From: Eubacteriales bacterium
GTDB taxonomy: Bacteria > Bacillota > Clostridia > Oscillospirales > CAG-382
DNA length: 64,000 nt
Reading direction: 5' to 3'
NCBI GenBank assembly: GCA_045536535.1
Contig: JAZSNS010000027.1
Span: 45,573-109,572 of the forward strand
Shown here: piece by piece, positions 1 to 10,233 of the stretch
Numbering within the stretch: the stretch's first letter is position 1
How the letters are laid out: the number at the start of each line of letters is the position of its first letter
Position numbers and translations under genes: made by a program
The notes under the pieces: generated by a model
Databases searched by the model: none
Seen by the model: only the letters and a program-made list of their open reading frames with translations
What the model was told of the DNA's origin: nothing

Positions 1-749
1 GGGCAAGAAACTTTATCGATGATGCGCTCGTAATGGTCGCTGTCGGCATTGACAATGACTTTTTCGCACTGATCGAAAATCATTTTTTTGCACGCGAGAT
101 ATTCGTCAAAATCACTGTGTTCTGCCGCGCCGATATGGTCGGGCGAGAGATTTGTGAAGATGCCTGTGTTAAAATGAATGCCGTATGTTCTGTCAAGTTT
201 GAATCCCTGTGAGGTCGCTTCGATGATTGCTGTATCGCAACCCTCATCGAGCATTTCTTTGTAGAATTTGTGGATGATATATGATTCGGGAGTTGAATTT
301 ACTGTATCGTAGAATTTATCGCCGATATAAACGCCGGTTGAACCGATAACGCCGACTTTATGTCCTGCGGCTTCGTAAATGCTTTTCAACATAAAAGAAA
401 CGCTGGTTTTTCCCTTTGTGCCCGTTATTGCAATTGTATTGAGTTTTTCGGCGGGACGGCAAAAAAGGTTTGCACTCGCGACCGCAAGGAATTTTCTTGT
501 GCTTTCGACTTTTAAAATCAATGCATCGTCAGGAAGTTCGATGTCTTTTTCAACGGCAAAAATACGTGTTCCGAGATCATATGCGTTTTTTGCAAAATTA
601 TGGCCGTCGTTCTGAAAACCGCTTATGCAAACAAAAATTGTGTTTTCTTTTGCTTTTCTTGAATCATAGACAACGTCTTCGACCGATAATTCGGGGGTGA
701 ACTTGCGAGAATTATAATGGATTCCTTTTAAAATCTCACCGAGCGTCAT
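1..749 (-). CDS. murE: UDP-N-acetylmuramoyl-L-alanyl-D-glutamate--diaminopimelate ligase (partial, runs off window start)
   Basis: Manual translation from ATG at 749: MTLGEILKG...VYDSRKA...ITGTKGKTS (P-loop)...TPES...IEATSQG...FTNLSPDH. Not in the ORF track because it is truncated. Confidence 0.9.
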   Translation of the reverse strand, partial: MTLGEILKGIHYNSRKFTPELSVEDVVYDSRKAKENTIFVCISGFQNDGHNFAKNAYDLGTRIFAVEKDIELPDDALILKVESTRKFLAVASANLFCRPAEKLNTIAITGTKGKTSVSFMLKSIYEAAGHKVGVIGSTGVYIGDKFYDTVNSTPESYIIHKFYKEMLDEGCDTAIIEATSQGFKLDRTYGIHFNTGIFTNLSPDHIGAAEHSDFDEYLACKKMIFDQCEKVIVNADSDHYERIIDKVSC

Positions 750-754
750 TTTGT

Positions 755-1558
755 TTACTCCTTTGAATTTGTATTCATTGTTCCTTTGAAAACGGTTTTG
801 CAGGTTCCTGTGATGAACATGTTTCCGCATGCCCTTGTGCACACCCGTATTTTTCCGCCTTTTTGATGTATATCTACGTTGCTTTTGCACCGATTCATTG
901 AGTGAGCGGCAGCGACGCACGCGCAACTTCCCGTTGAACATGAAAGCGTTTCGCCGATTCCTCGCTCCCAAACACGCATCTCGATATCGCATTCGTCGTT
1001 GATTTTTGCAAATTCAACGTTCGTTCCGTTTGGGAAAGCAGGGTGACCTTCAATGGCGGGGCCGTAAAAATTGAACTCGTCATCATTCATTGAGTTTACG
1101 AAAATAACACAATGAGGGTTGCCAATTGAAACATAAATATAATTGAAACTCTTTCCTGCGACTTCAAGTCTTCCGTTTTTTAAAACCGAAGGGACTCCGA
1201 TTTCGGCAGTGATTGATTCGCCATCAACTTTTAAAGATCGAATTCCCGCATTTGTTTCGGCATTAAGATGGCGTTTGCGGAAGTATCCGTTGTCGGTGAC
1301 GTATTTTGCCGAACAGCGAAGCGCGTTTCCGCAAATTTCCGCCTCGAAACCGTCGGGGTTAAAAACATGCATGGCAAAATCCGCGGATGTTGATTGCGAG
1401 ATATAAACAGCGCAGTCTGCGCCGACACCGTAATGTCTGTCACACATAAGTTTCAGCAGTTCTTTGTCGGGCAGAGAAGTTTGTGAGGGGCTTCCGAAAA
1501 CCACAAAATCGTTGCCGAGTGCTTCGATTTTGGAAAATTGCATAGAACACACCTTCAT
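755..1558 (-). CDS. dapF: Diaminopimelate epimerase
   Basis: GNDF, EICGNALRC, GNPHCV, NVEF, VWERGIGETLSCSTG motifs. Confidence 0.95.
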   Translation of the reverse strand: MKVCSMQFSKIEALGNDFVVFGSPSQTSLPDKELLKLMCDRHYGVGADCAVYISQSTSADFAMHVFNPDGFEAEICGNALRCSAKYVTDNGYFRKRHLNAETNAGIRSLKVDGESITAEIGVPSVLKNGRLEVAGKSFNYIYVSIGNPHCVIFVNSMNDDEFNFYGPAIEGHPAFPNGTNVEFAKINDECDIEMRVWERGIGETLSCSTGSCACVAAAHSMNRCKSNVDIHQKGGKIRVCTRACGNMFITGTCKTVFKGTMNTNSKE

Positions 1559-1700
1559 TATATCATTTTTGTTTTGTTTTTCAATATCTTAAATAAATTT
1601 TCATTGATCAAGATTTGTTGGTCAAAATTATTGAATTAACACTTGCAAATTAATAAATTTGTGTTAAAATATTATAAAGTTGTTGTATCGGGAGGTTAAC

Positions 1701-2282
1701 GTGAATAACGGTTTTTATGCAATGCTGTTCAGAATGAAGCATATTAAACGTTGGGGTATAATGCATTCCATAATTCCTGACCATCTCTCGACTCATTCTC
1801 TTGAAGTTGGGTTTATCGCGCATTCTTTGGCAATAATCGGAAACAAAAAATTCAACAAAAGTTATGATTGCGAATGCATCGCCGTGAAAGCTATTTATCA
1901 CGATGTTCCGGAGATATTCACCGGTGATATTCCCACTCCTGTCAAATATTACAGCGATGAGACAAAAGTTGCCTATTCTGCGGTTGAAGAAGCGTCTTTG
2001 AAAAAACTTACCGAGATGTTACCCGACGAATTTAAAGACGATTATATCGGGCTTTTCGATTATTCATCAGATGAGAGAACGCTCATTAAAGCGGCCGATA
2101 GGATTTCCGCCTATATCAAATGTAACGAAGAGAAAAACTACGGAAATCACGAGTTTGAAAAGGCAGGGGACAGGTTGCTTCTCACGATCAAAGAGATGAA
2201 TTGTGATGAGGCTGATTATTTCCTTGAACATTTTCTTGAACCGTTTGGATTGCCCATTGATTCTATTATTGTAAAAGAATAA
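1701..2282 (+). CDS. yfbR: HD-domain 5'-deoxynucleotidase (YfbR-like)
   Basis: RMKHIKRW, HSLEV, YHDVPE..TGDIPTPVKY, KAADRISAY; GTG start at 1701 after GGAGG. Confidence 0.85.
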   Translation: MNNGFYAMLFRMKHIKRWGIMHSIIPDHLSTHSLEVGFIAHSLAIIGNKKFNKSYDCECIAVKAIYHDVPEIFTGDIPTPVKYYSDETKVAYSAVEEASLKKLTEMLPDEFKDDYIGLFDYSSDERTLIKAADRISAYIKCNEEKNYGNHEFEKAGDRLLLTIKEMNCDEADYFLEHFLEPFGLPIDSIIVKE

Positions 2283-2330
2283 TTTTGCTCTTAAAAAATT
2301 TAAATACATTATTTTAGAGAGAGGTATTTT

Positions 2331-3119
2331 ATGAAAATTGGCCTTATTTCGGATTCTTTAAGACTCGGTTTTGAAGACAGCATCAAAGCCGCAAACAAAC
2401 TTGGTGTCACCGGTGTTCAAAAGTATATGACATTTGGCGATTTTACTGCTGAGGATTTGACGGGTGCAAGGCTCAAAGAAGTCAAAGATATTATGGACTC
2501 GAATGGTCTTGTTTTTTCGGCAATCTGCGGCGATTTCGGTGTTGATCTTGATGATGAAGACGTTGTTGATAATTCAAAACGCGTTCTCGATAAGGCAAAA
2601 GAACTCGGATGCCATATCGTAACCACTCACATCGGCCATCTCTATGAGGAAGAAGATGCGCGTATGGAAAAAATCAGAAACAATGCTCGCGAACTTGCTC
2701 TCTATGCTGACAGCATCGGTTCTGTTTTTGCGGCTGAAACCGGCACCGAAAAGGCGGTGGTTCTTAAATCCTTCCTTGATTCTCTCGGTGCAAAAGGACT
2801 TCGTGTGAATTATGACCCCGCTAACCTCGTCATGGTCGCGGGTGACGATCCTGTTGCAGGTGTCTATACACTTCGCGATTATATCGTTCACACCCATGCA
2901 AAAGACGGCATTAAGACCGGCGACACAACCTGGCTCGAACTCCCTCTCGGTCAGGGTGGCGTTGACTTTGACAAGTATCTTTTGGCACTGAACGATATCG
3001 GTTATGACGGATATCTGACTATCGAACGCGAAGTTGGGGATGATCCCGCCGGTGATATTGGCATGGCGGTCGATTTCTTGCGCGTCAAACTCAATACTCT
3101 CGGCATCAAACTCGGTTAA
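2331..3119 (+). CDS. Sugar phosphate isomerase/epimerase (xylose-isomerase-like TIM barrel)
   Basis: AAETG, NYDPAN, HTHAKD, LTIERE metal-binding motifs. Confidence 0.85.
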   Translation: MKIGLISDSLRLGFEDSIKAANKLGVTGVQKYMTFGDFTAEDLTGARLKEVKDIMDSNGLVFSAICGDFGVDLDDEDVVDNSKRVLDKAKELGCHIVTTHIGHLYEEEDARMEKIRNNARELALYADSIGSVFAAETGTEKAVVLKSFLDSLGAKGLRVNYDPANLVMVAGDDPVAGVYTLRDYIVHTHAKDGIKTGDTTWLELPLGQGGVDFDKYLLALNDIGYDGYLTIEREVGDDPAGDIGMAVDFLRVKLNTLGIKLG

Positions 3120-3126
3120 AATGATT

Positions 3127-3159
3127 CGGGCGGAGTCTTTTTCTCCGCCCGTTTGTTTT
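3127..3159 (+). terminator. Rho-independent terminator
   Basis: CGGGCGGAG / CTCCGCCCG stem followed by TTTGTTTT. Confidence 0.8.
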
Positions 3160-3315
3160 GTCGTTCAATATCAGTCTATAATATTCTTATTGATTTTGTT
3201 CTGCTTTTATGTGACAATGCTCGCTTTTTTCAGTTGGCAAAATATACAAAAAACATTCTTGCGGTGTTGATGCATAAGTAAAAATGCAGAAAAAGGAATT
3301 TAAGAATAAAATTAC

Positions 3316-3344
3316 TTGATTTTTTGAATATAAAAGTGTATTAT
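3316..3344 (+). promoter_or_regulatory. sigma-A promoter of the decarboxylase operon
   Basis: TTGATT-N17-TATTAT upstream of 3408. Confidence 0.55.
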
Positions 3345-3407
3345 TAATTCAGTAAAATATAATAGGGAAGAATTGAAGTTCTTTCCTTACGAAAGGAAGT
3401 TCGGTCT

Positions 3408-3764
3408 ATGAATTTAACCACGCTTATGAAGTTCGGCGAACACATCACTGAACAAACCCCGATCGGCGAAAGAGTGTTGTTCGGCCTTCAGGTTGTCGGC
3501 ATCGGCATGGGTGTTGTTTTCGGTGTTTTGGTTTTGTTGATCGGTATTCTTCAACTGTTCAAGTTGTTCTCGGTCAAGAAGCCCAACAAAAAAACTGCCG
3601 GCGCTCCCGCACCTGCTGCAACCGCTGCTCCGTCCGGCGCTGCGCCTGTCGCTTCCTCTGAAGAGGAAAAAATCGTTGCTATTGCTACCGCTGCAATTGC
3701 AGCTGCTCGCGGTAAGAGCGAATGTGATTTCAATGTAATTTCGATTAAAAAGATTGTTAAATAA
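3408..3764 (+). CDS. oadG: Na+-translocating decarboxylase gamma/delta subunit (OadG family)
   Basis: Single TM helix GMGVVFGVLVLL, Ala/Pro linker, VAIATAAIAA; operon context. Confidence 0.85.
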   Translation: MNLTTLMKFGEHITEQTPIGERVLFGLQVVGIGMGVVFGVLVLLIGILQLFKLFSVKKPNKKTAGAPAPAATAAPSGAAPVASSEEEKIVAIATAAIAAARGKSECDFNVISIKKIVK

Positions 3765-3778
3765 AAGGAGATTTTATC

Positions 3779-4177
3779 ATGGCAAAGAAGTATATTGTTA
3801 CCGTTAACGGCACCGGTTACGAAGTAATCGTTGAAGAAGCAGCGCTCGGCGCAAACTTCACCGCAGCAGCTCCCGCTCCCGCAGTAGCTCCTGCTCCTGC
3901 TCCCGCTCCCGCAGCAGCACCCGCTCCTGCAGCAGCTCCCGCTCCCGCAGCAGCTCCCGCTGACGGCGTTCAGGTCAACGCTCCGCTTCCCGGCACCGTT
4001 CTTCGTGTTTGTGTTTCCGCAGGCGCAGCAGTGAAGAAGGGCGATGTTCTCTGTGTTCTCGAAGCAATGAAGATGGAAAATGATATCGTTGCTCCTCAGG
4101 ACGGTACTGTTGCAAGTGTGTCCGCAACTCAGGGTGCTTCGGTTAACACCGGCGATCTTCTCTTTGTTATCGGTTAA
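3779..4177 (+). CDS. Biotin carboxyl carrier protein
   Basis: EAMKM biotinylation motif, Ala/Pro linker. Confidence 0.95.
   Translation: MAKKYIVTVNGTGYEVIVEEAALGANFTAAAPAPAVAPAPAPAPAAAPAPAAAPAPAAAPADGVQVNAPLPGTVLRVCVSAGAAVKKGDVLCVLEAMKMENDIVAPQDGTVASVSATQGASVNTGDLLFVIG
3863..3961 (+). repeat. Coding low-complexity tandem repeat (GCAGCAGCTCCCGCTCCC-like) encoding the Ala/Pro linker
   Basis: Repeated APAPAA units inside the biotin carrier. Confidence 0.8.
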
Positions 4178-4218
4178 TTATTTATCGTTTTTAAAGAGTT
4201 ATTGAAAGGTGTTAAATT

Positions 4219-5442
4219 ATGTTTGAAGCATTGAAAGGATTGTTTGAACAATCCGGTTTTGGTAGTTTGTACAATGCCGAACAACCTTTTGAATATTTCG
4301 GCATAACTTCAAGTTTTGACTTTGGCACTATCATAATGCTTTTGGTTGCTTGCGTTCTTTTCTATCTTGCTATCGTCAAGAAGTTTGAACCGTTGCTTTT
4401 GCTTCCTATTGCATTCGGTATGTTGCTCGTTAATATTCCCGGTCCGATCGGCGACGCGGTTTTCCACAGCGAATATTTTATTAATGCCGAAGGCGTTATT
4501 AACTGGAAAGAAATCGGCGCTCACGGCGGTCTCATCGACTATTTGTATCTCGGCGTTAAACTTGGCATTTTCCCGCCGCTCATCTTCCTTGGTGTTGGCG
4601 CAATGACCGACTTTAAACCTCTTATCGCTAACCCCAAGAGCCTTTTGCTCGGTGCTGCCGCTCAGCTTGGCGTATTCATTGCCTTCTTCGGAGCGCTTAT
4701 GCTCGGATTCACGGTTCCCGAAGCTGCTTCCATCGGTATCATCGGCGGCGCAGACGGTCCTACCGCTATTTACGTCACAAAATCGCTTGCTCCTAATCTT
4801 TTGGGCGCAATTGCAATTGCTGCATATTCTTACATGGCGCTCGTTCCTTTCATTCAGCCTCCGATCATGAAGGCTTTCACTTCCAAGAAAGAACGTCAGA
4901 TCGTTATGGGTCAGCTCCGTAACGTTACCAAAACCGAGGAGATTATTTTCCCGATCGTAGTTGCTTTGGTTGTAAGTATCATTCTTCCTTCTGCTGCGGC
5001 ACTCGTCGGTATGCTTATGCTCGGTAACCTTCTCAAAGTTTCCGGAGTTGCTGATAGACTTTCAAAGACTGTACAGAACGAACTTATGAACATCGTTACG
5101 ATCATGCTCGGTGTTTCTGTCGGTGCAACTGCCGATGCAGCGAACTTCCTCAAAAAAGAAACGCTGTTTATCATCGTACTCGGTCTTTGTGCGTTTGCGT
5201 TTGCGACCATGGGCGGTGTATTGTTCGGTAAACTCATGTGCTTCATCACCAGAGGCAAGATCAATCCGCTTATCGGTTCTGCCGGTGTTTCTGCCGTTCC
5301 TATGGCAGCTCGTGTTTCGCAGACCGTCGGTCAGAAAGAAAACCCTGCAAACTTCCTCCTTATGCACGCTATGGGACCCAATGTTGCAGGTGTTATCGGT
5401 TCTGCCGTTGCCGCAGGTGTATTCCTTGCGATGTTCAAGTAA
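4219..5442 (+). CDS. oadB: Na+-translocating decarboxylase beta subunit
   Basis: [48 protein letters not shown]. Confidence 0.95.
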   Translation: MFEALKGLFEQSGFGSLYNAEQPFEYFGITSSFDFGTIIMLLVACVLFYLAIVKKFEPLLLLPIAFGMLLVNIPGPIGDAVFHSEYFINAEGVINWKEIGAHGGLIDYLYLGVKLGIFPPLIFLGVGAMTDFKPLIANPKSLLLGAAAQLGVFIAFFGALMLGFTVPEAASIGIIGGADGPTAIYVTKSLAPNLLGAIAIAAYSYMALVPFIQPPIMKAFTSKKERQIVMGQLRNVTKTEEIIFPIVVALVVSIILPSAAALVGMLMLGNLLKVSGVADRLSKTVQNELMNIVTIMLGVSVGATADAANFLKKETLFIIVLGLCAFAFATMGGVLFGKLMCFITRGKINPLIGSAGVSAVPMAARVSQTVGQKENPANFLLMHAMGPNVAGVIGSAVAAGVFLAMFK

Positions 5443-5463
5443 TTAACGGAAAGGTGATTAAAA

Positions 5464-6879
5464 ATGGCTAATAAAGTAAAAATTACAGAAACAGTTCTTC
5501 GCGACTCTCACCAGTCGCTTATCGCTACCAGAATGACCACCGAAGAAATGATCGAGATTCTTCCCGAACTCGACAAAGTCGGCTATCATTCTCTTGAAGC
5601 ATGGGGCGGTGCTACCTTCGATTCCTGCCTCCGCTTCCTTAACGAAGATCCTTGGCAGAGACTCCGTACTATCAAAGATCACTGCCCGAACACCCCTCTC
5701 CAAATGCTTTTCAGAGGTCAGAACATTCTCGGTTACAGACATTACGCTGACGACGTTGTTGAATACTTCGTTCAGAAGTGTGTTGCAAACGGTATGGATA
5801 TCATTCGTATCTTTGATGCACTCAACGATCCCCGTAACCTCAAAACCGCAATTGACGCTACCAAGAAAGAAAAGGGACACGTTCAGGCCGCAATTTCCTA
5901 CACGACCGGTCCCGTTTTCACTAATGAATATTTTGCAAAATATGCAAAACAACTCGAAGAAATGGGCGCAGACAGCATCTGTATCAAAGATATGTCCGGT
6001 CTTCTTAAACCCTATGACGCTTATGATCTCGTAACTGCGATCAAGTCTATCGTTAAGATTCCCGTTCAGCTTCACACTCACTACACCAGCGGTCTCGCTT
6101 CCATGACTGTTCTCAAAGCGATTGAAGCAGGTGTTGACGTTGTCGATACAGCAATTTCTCCTATGGCACTCGGTACTTCTCAGCCTGCAACCGAACCTAT
6201 CGTTGCAACCCTTCAGGGCACTCCGTACGACACGGGCCTCGATCTTGCTCAGCTTGATAAGATCTCGAAGCATTTCGATGCTCTCCGCGAAAAATATATC
6301 GCAAACGGCCAGCTCGATCCCAAACTTTTGAAGGTTAACGTTAACGCTCTTATGTATCAGGTTCCCGGCGGAATGCTTTCCAACCTTCTTTCTCAGCTCA
6401 AACAAGCCGGCGCAAGTGAAAAACTTCAGGAAGTTCTTGAAGAAGTTCCGCGCGTAAGAGAAGATGCCGGCTATCCTCCTCTTGTAACTCCTACCTCTCA
6501 GATCGTCGGTACTCAGGCTGTGTTCAACGTTCTTCTCGGCGAAAGATATAAGAACGTCACAAAAGAATTCAAGGGTATGATCAAGGGTGAATACGGTAAG
6601 ACTCCCTGCAAGATTGATCCTGAATTCGTTAAGAAGATCATCGGTGATGAAAAGCAGATCACCTGCCGTCCTGCTGATGAAATCAAGCCCGAACTCGATA
6701 CCCTCAGAGAAAAACTCGGCGCAAAAGCACAACAGGATGAAGACGTTCTTTCCTACGCTCTCTTCGATCAGGTCGCTCTCAAATTCTTTGATAAGAGAGA
6801 TGAAGGCGTTGCAATTGCAAACGCTCTTGCGAATGCTTCCGGCACCAAATATAACGTTAATGTTCGCGAAGTAAAATAA
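5464..6879 (+). CDS. oadA: Oxaloacetate decarboxylase alpha subunit / pyruvate carboxyltransferase (no fused biotin domain)
   Basis: LRDSHQSLIATRM, WGGATFD, IKDMSG, HTHYTSG, QVPGGMLSN, PLVTPTSQIVG. Confidence 0.92.
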   Translation: MANKVKITETVLRDSHQSLIATRMTTEEMIEILPELDKVGYHSLEAWGGATFDSCLRFLNEDPWQRLRTIKDHCPNTPLQMLFRGQNILGYRHYADDVVEYFVQKCVANGMDIIRIFDALNDPRNLKTAIDATKKEKGHVQAAISYTTGPVFTNEYFAKYAKQLEEMGADSICIKDMSGLLKPYDAYDLVTAIKSIVKIPVQLHTHYTSGLASMTVLKAIEAGVDVVDTAISPMALGTSQPATEPIVATLQGTPYDTGLDLAQLDKISKHFDALREKYIANGQLDPKLLKVNVNALMYQVPGGMLSNLLSQLKQAGASEKLQEVLEEVPRVREDAGYPPLVTPTSQIVGTQAVFNVLLGERYKNVTKEFKGMIKGEYGKTPCKIDPEFVKKIIGDEKQITCRPADEIKPELDTLREKLGAKAQQDEDVLSYALFDQVALKFFDKRDEGVAIANALANASGTKYNVNVREVK

Positions 6880-6885
6880 GTTGAT

Positions 6886-6919
6886 AAAAAAGAAGCAGGT
6901 CAAAAGACCTGCTTTTTTT
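6886..6919 (+). terminator. Terminator (probably bidirectional)
   Basis: AAGCAGGTC/GACCTGCTT stem with A- and T-tracts. Confidence 0.8.
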
Positions 6920-6925
6920 ATGAAG

Positions 6926-6954
6926 AAAACCCGAGCAAATTTGCTCGGGTTTTT
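6926..6954 (-). terminator. Terminator for the convergent gene
   Basis: AAAACCCGAGCAA..TTGCTCGGGTTTTT. Confidence 0.75.
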
Positions 6955-6962
6955 GTTATGAA

Positions 6963-8033
6963 TTAAAGATCAAGTTTCAGATCATTGTCTTTGATCCAAC
7001 CGATTTTTCTCATCAATTCGCTGAAAAGAAGAGTTACAACTGCAGGAAGAACCACACAAAGCAGAACCAAACCTATCCAGAACATCGGAGAAGAAAGATC
7101 ATCGGCAGCAGAAATGACACCGAGCGGACCGACAAGCCCGCAAGTGCCCATTCCGGCGTTTACGCCGTTGTTTGTCATTTTGAACAACATGGTGGACACA
7201 GGTCCTAAAATTGCTGATGAAAGTATCGTGGGGATCCAAATTAAGGGTTTCTTGATAATGTTGCCCATTTGAAGCATTGATGTTCCCAACCCCTGCGCAA
7301 CAAGGCCGCCGACTTTATTAGCACGATAGCTCATTACTGCAAAGCCGATCATCTGGCAGCAACAACCGACCGTTGCGGCGCCACCGGCGAGTCCCGAAAT
7401 ACCGATCATTGCACAAATCGCGGCGGAACTGATAGGAAGTGTGAGAAGAATGCCGACAACCACAGAAATGATGATGCCCATAACGAACGGGTGCATTTCG
7501 GTAGCTGTGTTGATGAAATCGCCGAGATAATACATTGCATATGCAATGCCGGGGCAGAGAAGCCACGATGCTGCAAAACCGACGCAGATCGTAACGATGG
7601 GGGTTACCAAAATGTCAACTTTTGTTTCTTTATAAACAAGTTTTCCGATTTCGCAAGCGATAAGTACGGCGACAAATGCTCCTGCCGGACCTGCTGTATA
7701 CATTTTATCTTCAACAGGACCGGGGACGGCAAATGCGTTATATCCGATAGCGCCGACTACGACGGATGAGAAGAGAACCAAACCTTCGGCTTTCAAAGCA
7801 AAGGCAACGGCAACACCAATTGCGGCACCGCAAACAAAAGCATTTTGCGCAAACCCGGCAATGTCGAGTATGAATTCAGCGTTTGTCCATTCGCCGAGAG
7901 TCTTTAAGATTGTACCGATCAAGAGCGAAGCGAACAAACCCTGAGCCATAGCACCCATGGCATTGACGAAATAATTCTTCCAAGAAATGTCGATTTTTTT
8001 CTTTTTGAGAAATTCTTTAAATTTCAAAATCAT
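6963..8033 (-). CDS. PTS EIIC-2 family membrane protein (orphan IIC-like permease)
   Basis: AMAQGLFASLLIG, LTLPISSAAI, QGLGTSMLQ, GMGTCGLVG; start uncertain (8069/8033/8027). Confidence 0.8.
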   Translation of the reverse strand: MILKFKEFLKKKKIDISWKNYFVNAMGAMAQGLFASLLIGTILKTLGEWTNAEFILDIAGFAQNAFVCGAAIGVAVAFALKAEGLVLFSSVVVGAIGYNAFAVPGPVEDKMYTAGPAGAFVAVLIACEIGKLVYKETKVDILVTPIVTICVGFAASWLLCPGIAYAMYYLGDFINTATEMHPFVMGIIISVVVGILLTLPISSAAICAMIGISGLAGGAATVGCCCQMIGFAVMSYRANKVGGLVAQGLGTSMLQMGNIIKKPLIWIPTILSSAILGPVSTMLFKMTNNGVNAGMGTCGLVGPLGVISAADDLSSPMFWIGLVLLCVVLPAVVTLLFSELMRKIGWIKDNDLKLDL

Positions 8034-8112
8034 CACTCCAATTTTGCTTTTTATAAATCTTAAAACCAAAATTGAGCGTTGTCAATGTTAAGAATGTATA
8101 AAAATACATTCA

Positions 8113-8886
8113 TCAACTCATTTGTTTTCGCATTTTTTCCAAAGCGCTTTTTTCAAGACGGCTTACCTGCGCCTGTGAAATGCCGATTTCTTTTGAGACC
8201 TCGGTTTGCGTTTTTCCGTTGTAGAATCTCATGAGGAGAATGTTACGTTCGCGCTCGCCCAAAGTTCGGATGGCATTTTTTATTGCAATACTGTCGAGCC
8301 ATGCATCGTCGTTTGAATTATCGTCTTTGATTTGGTCAAGGACATAAAGTGAGTCACCGTTATCTGAATAGATCGGGTCATAAAGCGAAATCGGTTCTAA
8401 TATTGCGTCCAAAGCACGTGCAACAATTTTTGGATCTTCGCCGAGTTCTTTTGAAATTTCGTCGATCGTCGGTTCGTGCGAGAGTTTTGACGAAAGCTGT
8501 TCTTTTGTTTTCAGCGCTCGGTATGCCATGTCTCTTAATGAACGCGGCACGCGTACAGAATTGAAATCTCGAAGATATCTTCTGAGTTCGCCGATTATCA
8601 TTGGCACTGCATAAGTTGAGAATTTTACATTCATTGTTGAATCGAAATTGTCAATTGCTTTGATCAGTCCTATGCATCCGACCTGAAATAAATCATCGGG
8701 GTTTTCACAGCGGTTTTTGAATGATTGGATAACGCTTAAAACAAGTCTCAGGTTTCCGTTGATCAACTCGTCACGTGCATCAGCATCACCGTTCTTGACG
8801 CGTTCAAGTAAAGTCAACTTTTCCTTTTCGGTAAGAACTTTTAACTTTGAAGTGTTTACACCACATATTTCAACTTTGTTATACAT
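8113..8886 (-). CDS. sigG: Sporulation sigma factor SigG
   Basis: Diagnostic N-terminus MYNKVEICGVNTSKL; NLRLVLS, DDLFQVGCIGL, GISQAQVSRLEK; ATG 8886 after GGAGG. Confidence 0.95.
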   Translation of the reverse strand: MYNKVEICGVNTSKLKVLTEKEKLTLLERVKNGDADARDELINGNLRLVLSVIQSFKNRCENPDDLFQVGCIGLIKAIDNFDSTMNVKFSTYAVPMIIGELRRYLRDFNSVRVPRSLRDMAYRALKTKEQLSSKLSHEPTIDEISKELGEDPKIVARALDAILEPISLYDPIYSDNGDSLYVLDQIKDDNSNDDAWLDSIAIKNAIRTLGERERNILLMRFYNGKTQTEVSKEIGISQAQVSRLEKSALEKMRKQMS

Positions 8887-8888
8887 AA

Positions 8889-8943
8889 AAGACCTCCGAA
8901 ACGTTTTCACATGGAGTGTTCCCGTTTCGGAAGTCTTGAATGC
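8889..8943 (-). promoter_or_regulatory. sigma-F/G-type promoter nested in an RBS-sequestering 15-bp hairpin
   Basis: Minus strand GCATT-N15-GGGAACACTC; stem AAGACTTCCGAAACG / CGTTTCGGAGGTCTT contains the RBS. Confidence 0.65.
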
Positions 8944-8964
8944 GTTTGAAATATGTAAAATTTC

Positions 8965-10230
8965 TTATTTATCTTTCTTTTTTGATTTGACAGCTTTAAA
9001 GGTACAGGTGAAGACGGTTCCGTTGTTTTCGTTGCTTAAAACAGAAATATTAGCTTCATTGTTTTCAATAATTCTTTTTGCAAGCGAAAGTCCCAAACCG
9101 CTACCGCCTTTATCGCGTGATCTTGCTTTGTCAACACGGTAAAATCGCTCGAATAAATGCGGAATGCTTTCTTTCGGAATAGGTTCGCCGGTGTTGAATA
9201 CCGAAAGAAATGCTTTGTCACCGTTTGTTTTAAGAGTGAACTTGATTCTGCCGTTTTCGTTTGAATATTTAATTGCATTGTCCAACAGAATTATCATTAA
9301 ACGCTTGATGGAAATTTCATCTGCTTTGACAATGACGTCATTTTCGATATCAATATCAAATTGCTTGCCGTTCTCAAAACAAACGCTTTCAAAAGGAAGA
9401 ACCGTTTCATATGCGGCATTGCTTATGTTAAATTCGGTAAGTTGAGGCTTTTCCTCGCCTTCGTCGGTTTTTGCCAGATATAGCATCGAGTTAACCATGT
9501 CAGACATTCTTGTTGCGCCTTCTTTGATATATCCAAGCCATTTTTGCTCGTCTTTGACGTTTGAATCTTCGTGGGAAAGGATTATGTCTGCATTGGTTGC
9601 GATAACAGCGATCGGCGTTTTTAACTCATGAGAAACGTCCGCGATAAACTGTTTTTGTCGGTTGACTGTGTTTTCAACAGGTTTGACGGCAATATTTGCA
9701 ACAAGTATTGATATAATTAAAAACGCCACAAATGCGATCGAACCGCTTATTACAAAAGAAATTGCCAACTGTCTTAAAGACTCATCTTCGTATCTCTTGT
9801 CAAGCAAAACGATTCGCTTGCCGTAACGCGTTTCGGAACAGAAAAAACGCATGTTGTATTTATCAATGACACCTTCGACGGTATTTTCGGATAAAACGGC
9901 GTTGATCAAATTTATGATATGCTTCTTTTGAAATTCCGTTATTTCCGAGCTTTTGTCGATCCCATCGATCGTAAAGGTCTTTTTAGATTCATCGATATCA
10001 ATGACAAAGGTTGTCAGATATGAATATTTAGGTTCGGGCGCATCTTCCGGTTCTATAAAGTAATCAATTTTGTCAAGATGATTCTTTGATATGTCGTGCA
10101 TTGCAGCTCGGCTGTACTCTTCCAAATCGTTTTTGGTATTAAAATAGAGTAAGCAAAAGGCCGTAAGCATTACGACAGATATCAAAATCATATTTGTTGA
10201 TATGAATTTTAATTTAAGTCGTTTAATCAA
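8965..10230 (-). CDS. Sensor histidine kinase (CiaH-like)
   Basis: Two TM helices, FIADVSHELKTP H-box, LLDNAIKY N-box, FERFYR, GSGLGL. Confidence 0.93.
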   Translation of the reverse strand: MIKRLKLKFISTNMILISVVMLTAFCLLYFNTKNDLEEYSRAAMHDISKNHLDKIDYFIEPEDAPEPKYSYLTTFVIDIDESKKTFTIDGIDKSSEITEFQKKHIINLINAVLSENTVEGVIDKYNMRFFCSETRYGKRIVLLDKRYEDESLRQLAISFVISGSIAFVAFLIISILVANIAVKPVENTVNRQKQFIADVSHELKTPIAVIATNADIILSHEDSNVKDEQKWLGYIKEGATRMSDMVNSMLYLAKTDEGEEKPQLTEFNISNAAYETVLPFESVCFENGKQFDIDIENDVIVKADEISIKRLMIILLDNAIKYSNENGRIKFTLKTNGDKAFLSVFNTGEPIPKESIPHLFERFYRVDKARSRDKGGSGLGLSLAKRIIENNEANISVLSNENNGTVFTCTFKAVKSKKKDK

Positions 10231-10233
10231 AAT

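Noticed and set aside
3863-3961. Tandem repeat as a contingency locus or mobile repeat
   Set aside because: In-frame Ala/Pro linker typical of biotin carrier proteins.
5458-6903. 481-aa antisense ORF spanning oadA
   Set aside because: It mirrors a strongly codon-biased gene codon for codon, shows no recognisable motifs and has no RBS; a typical shadow ORF.
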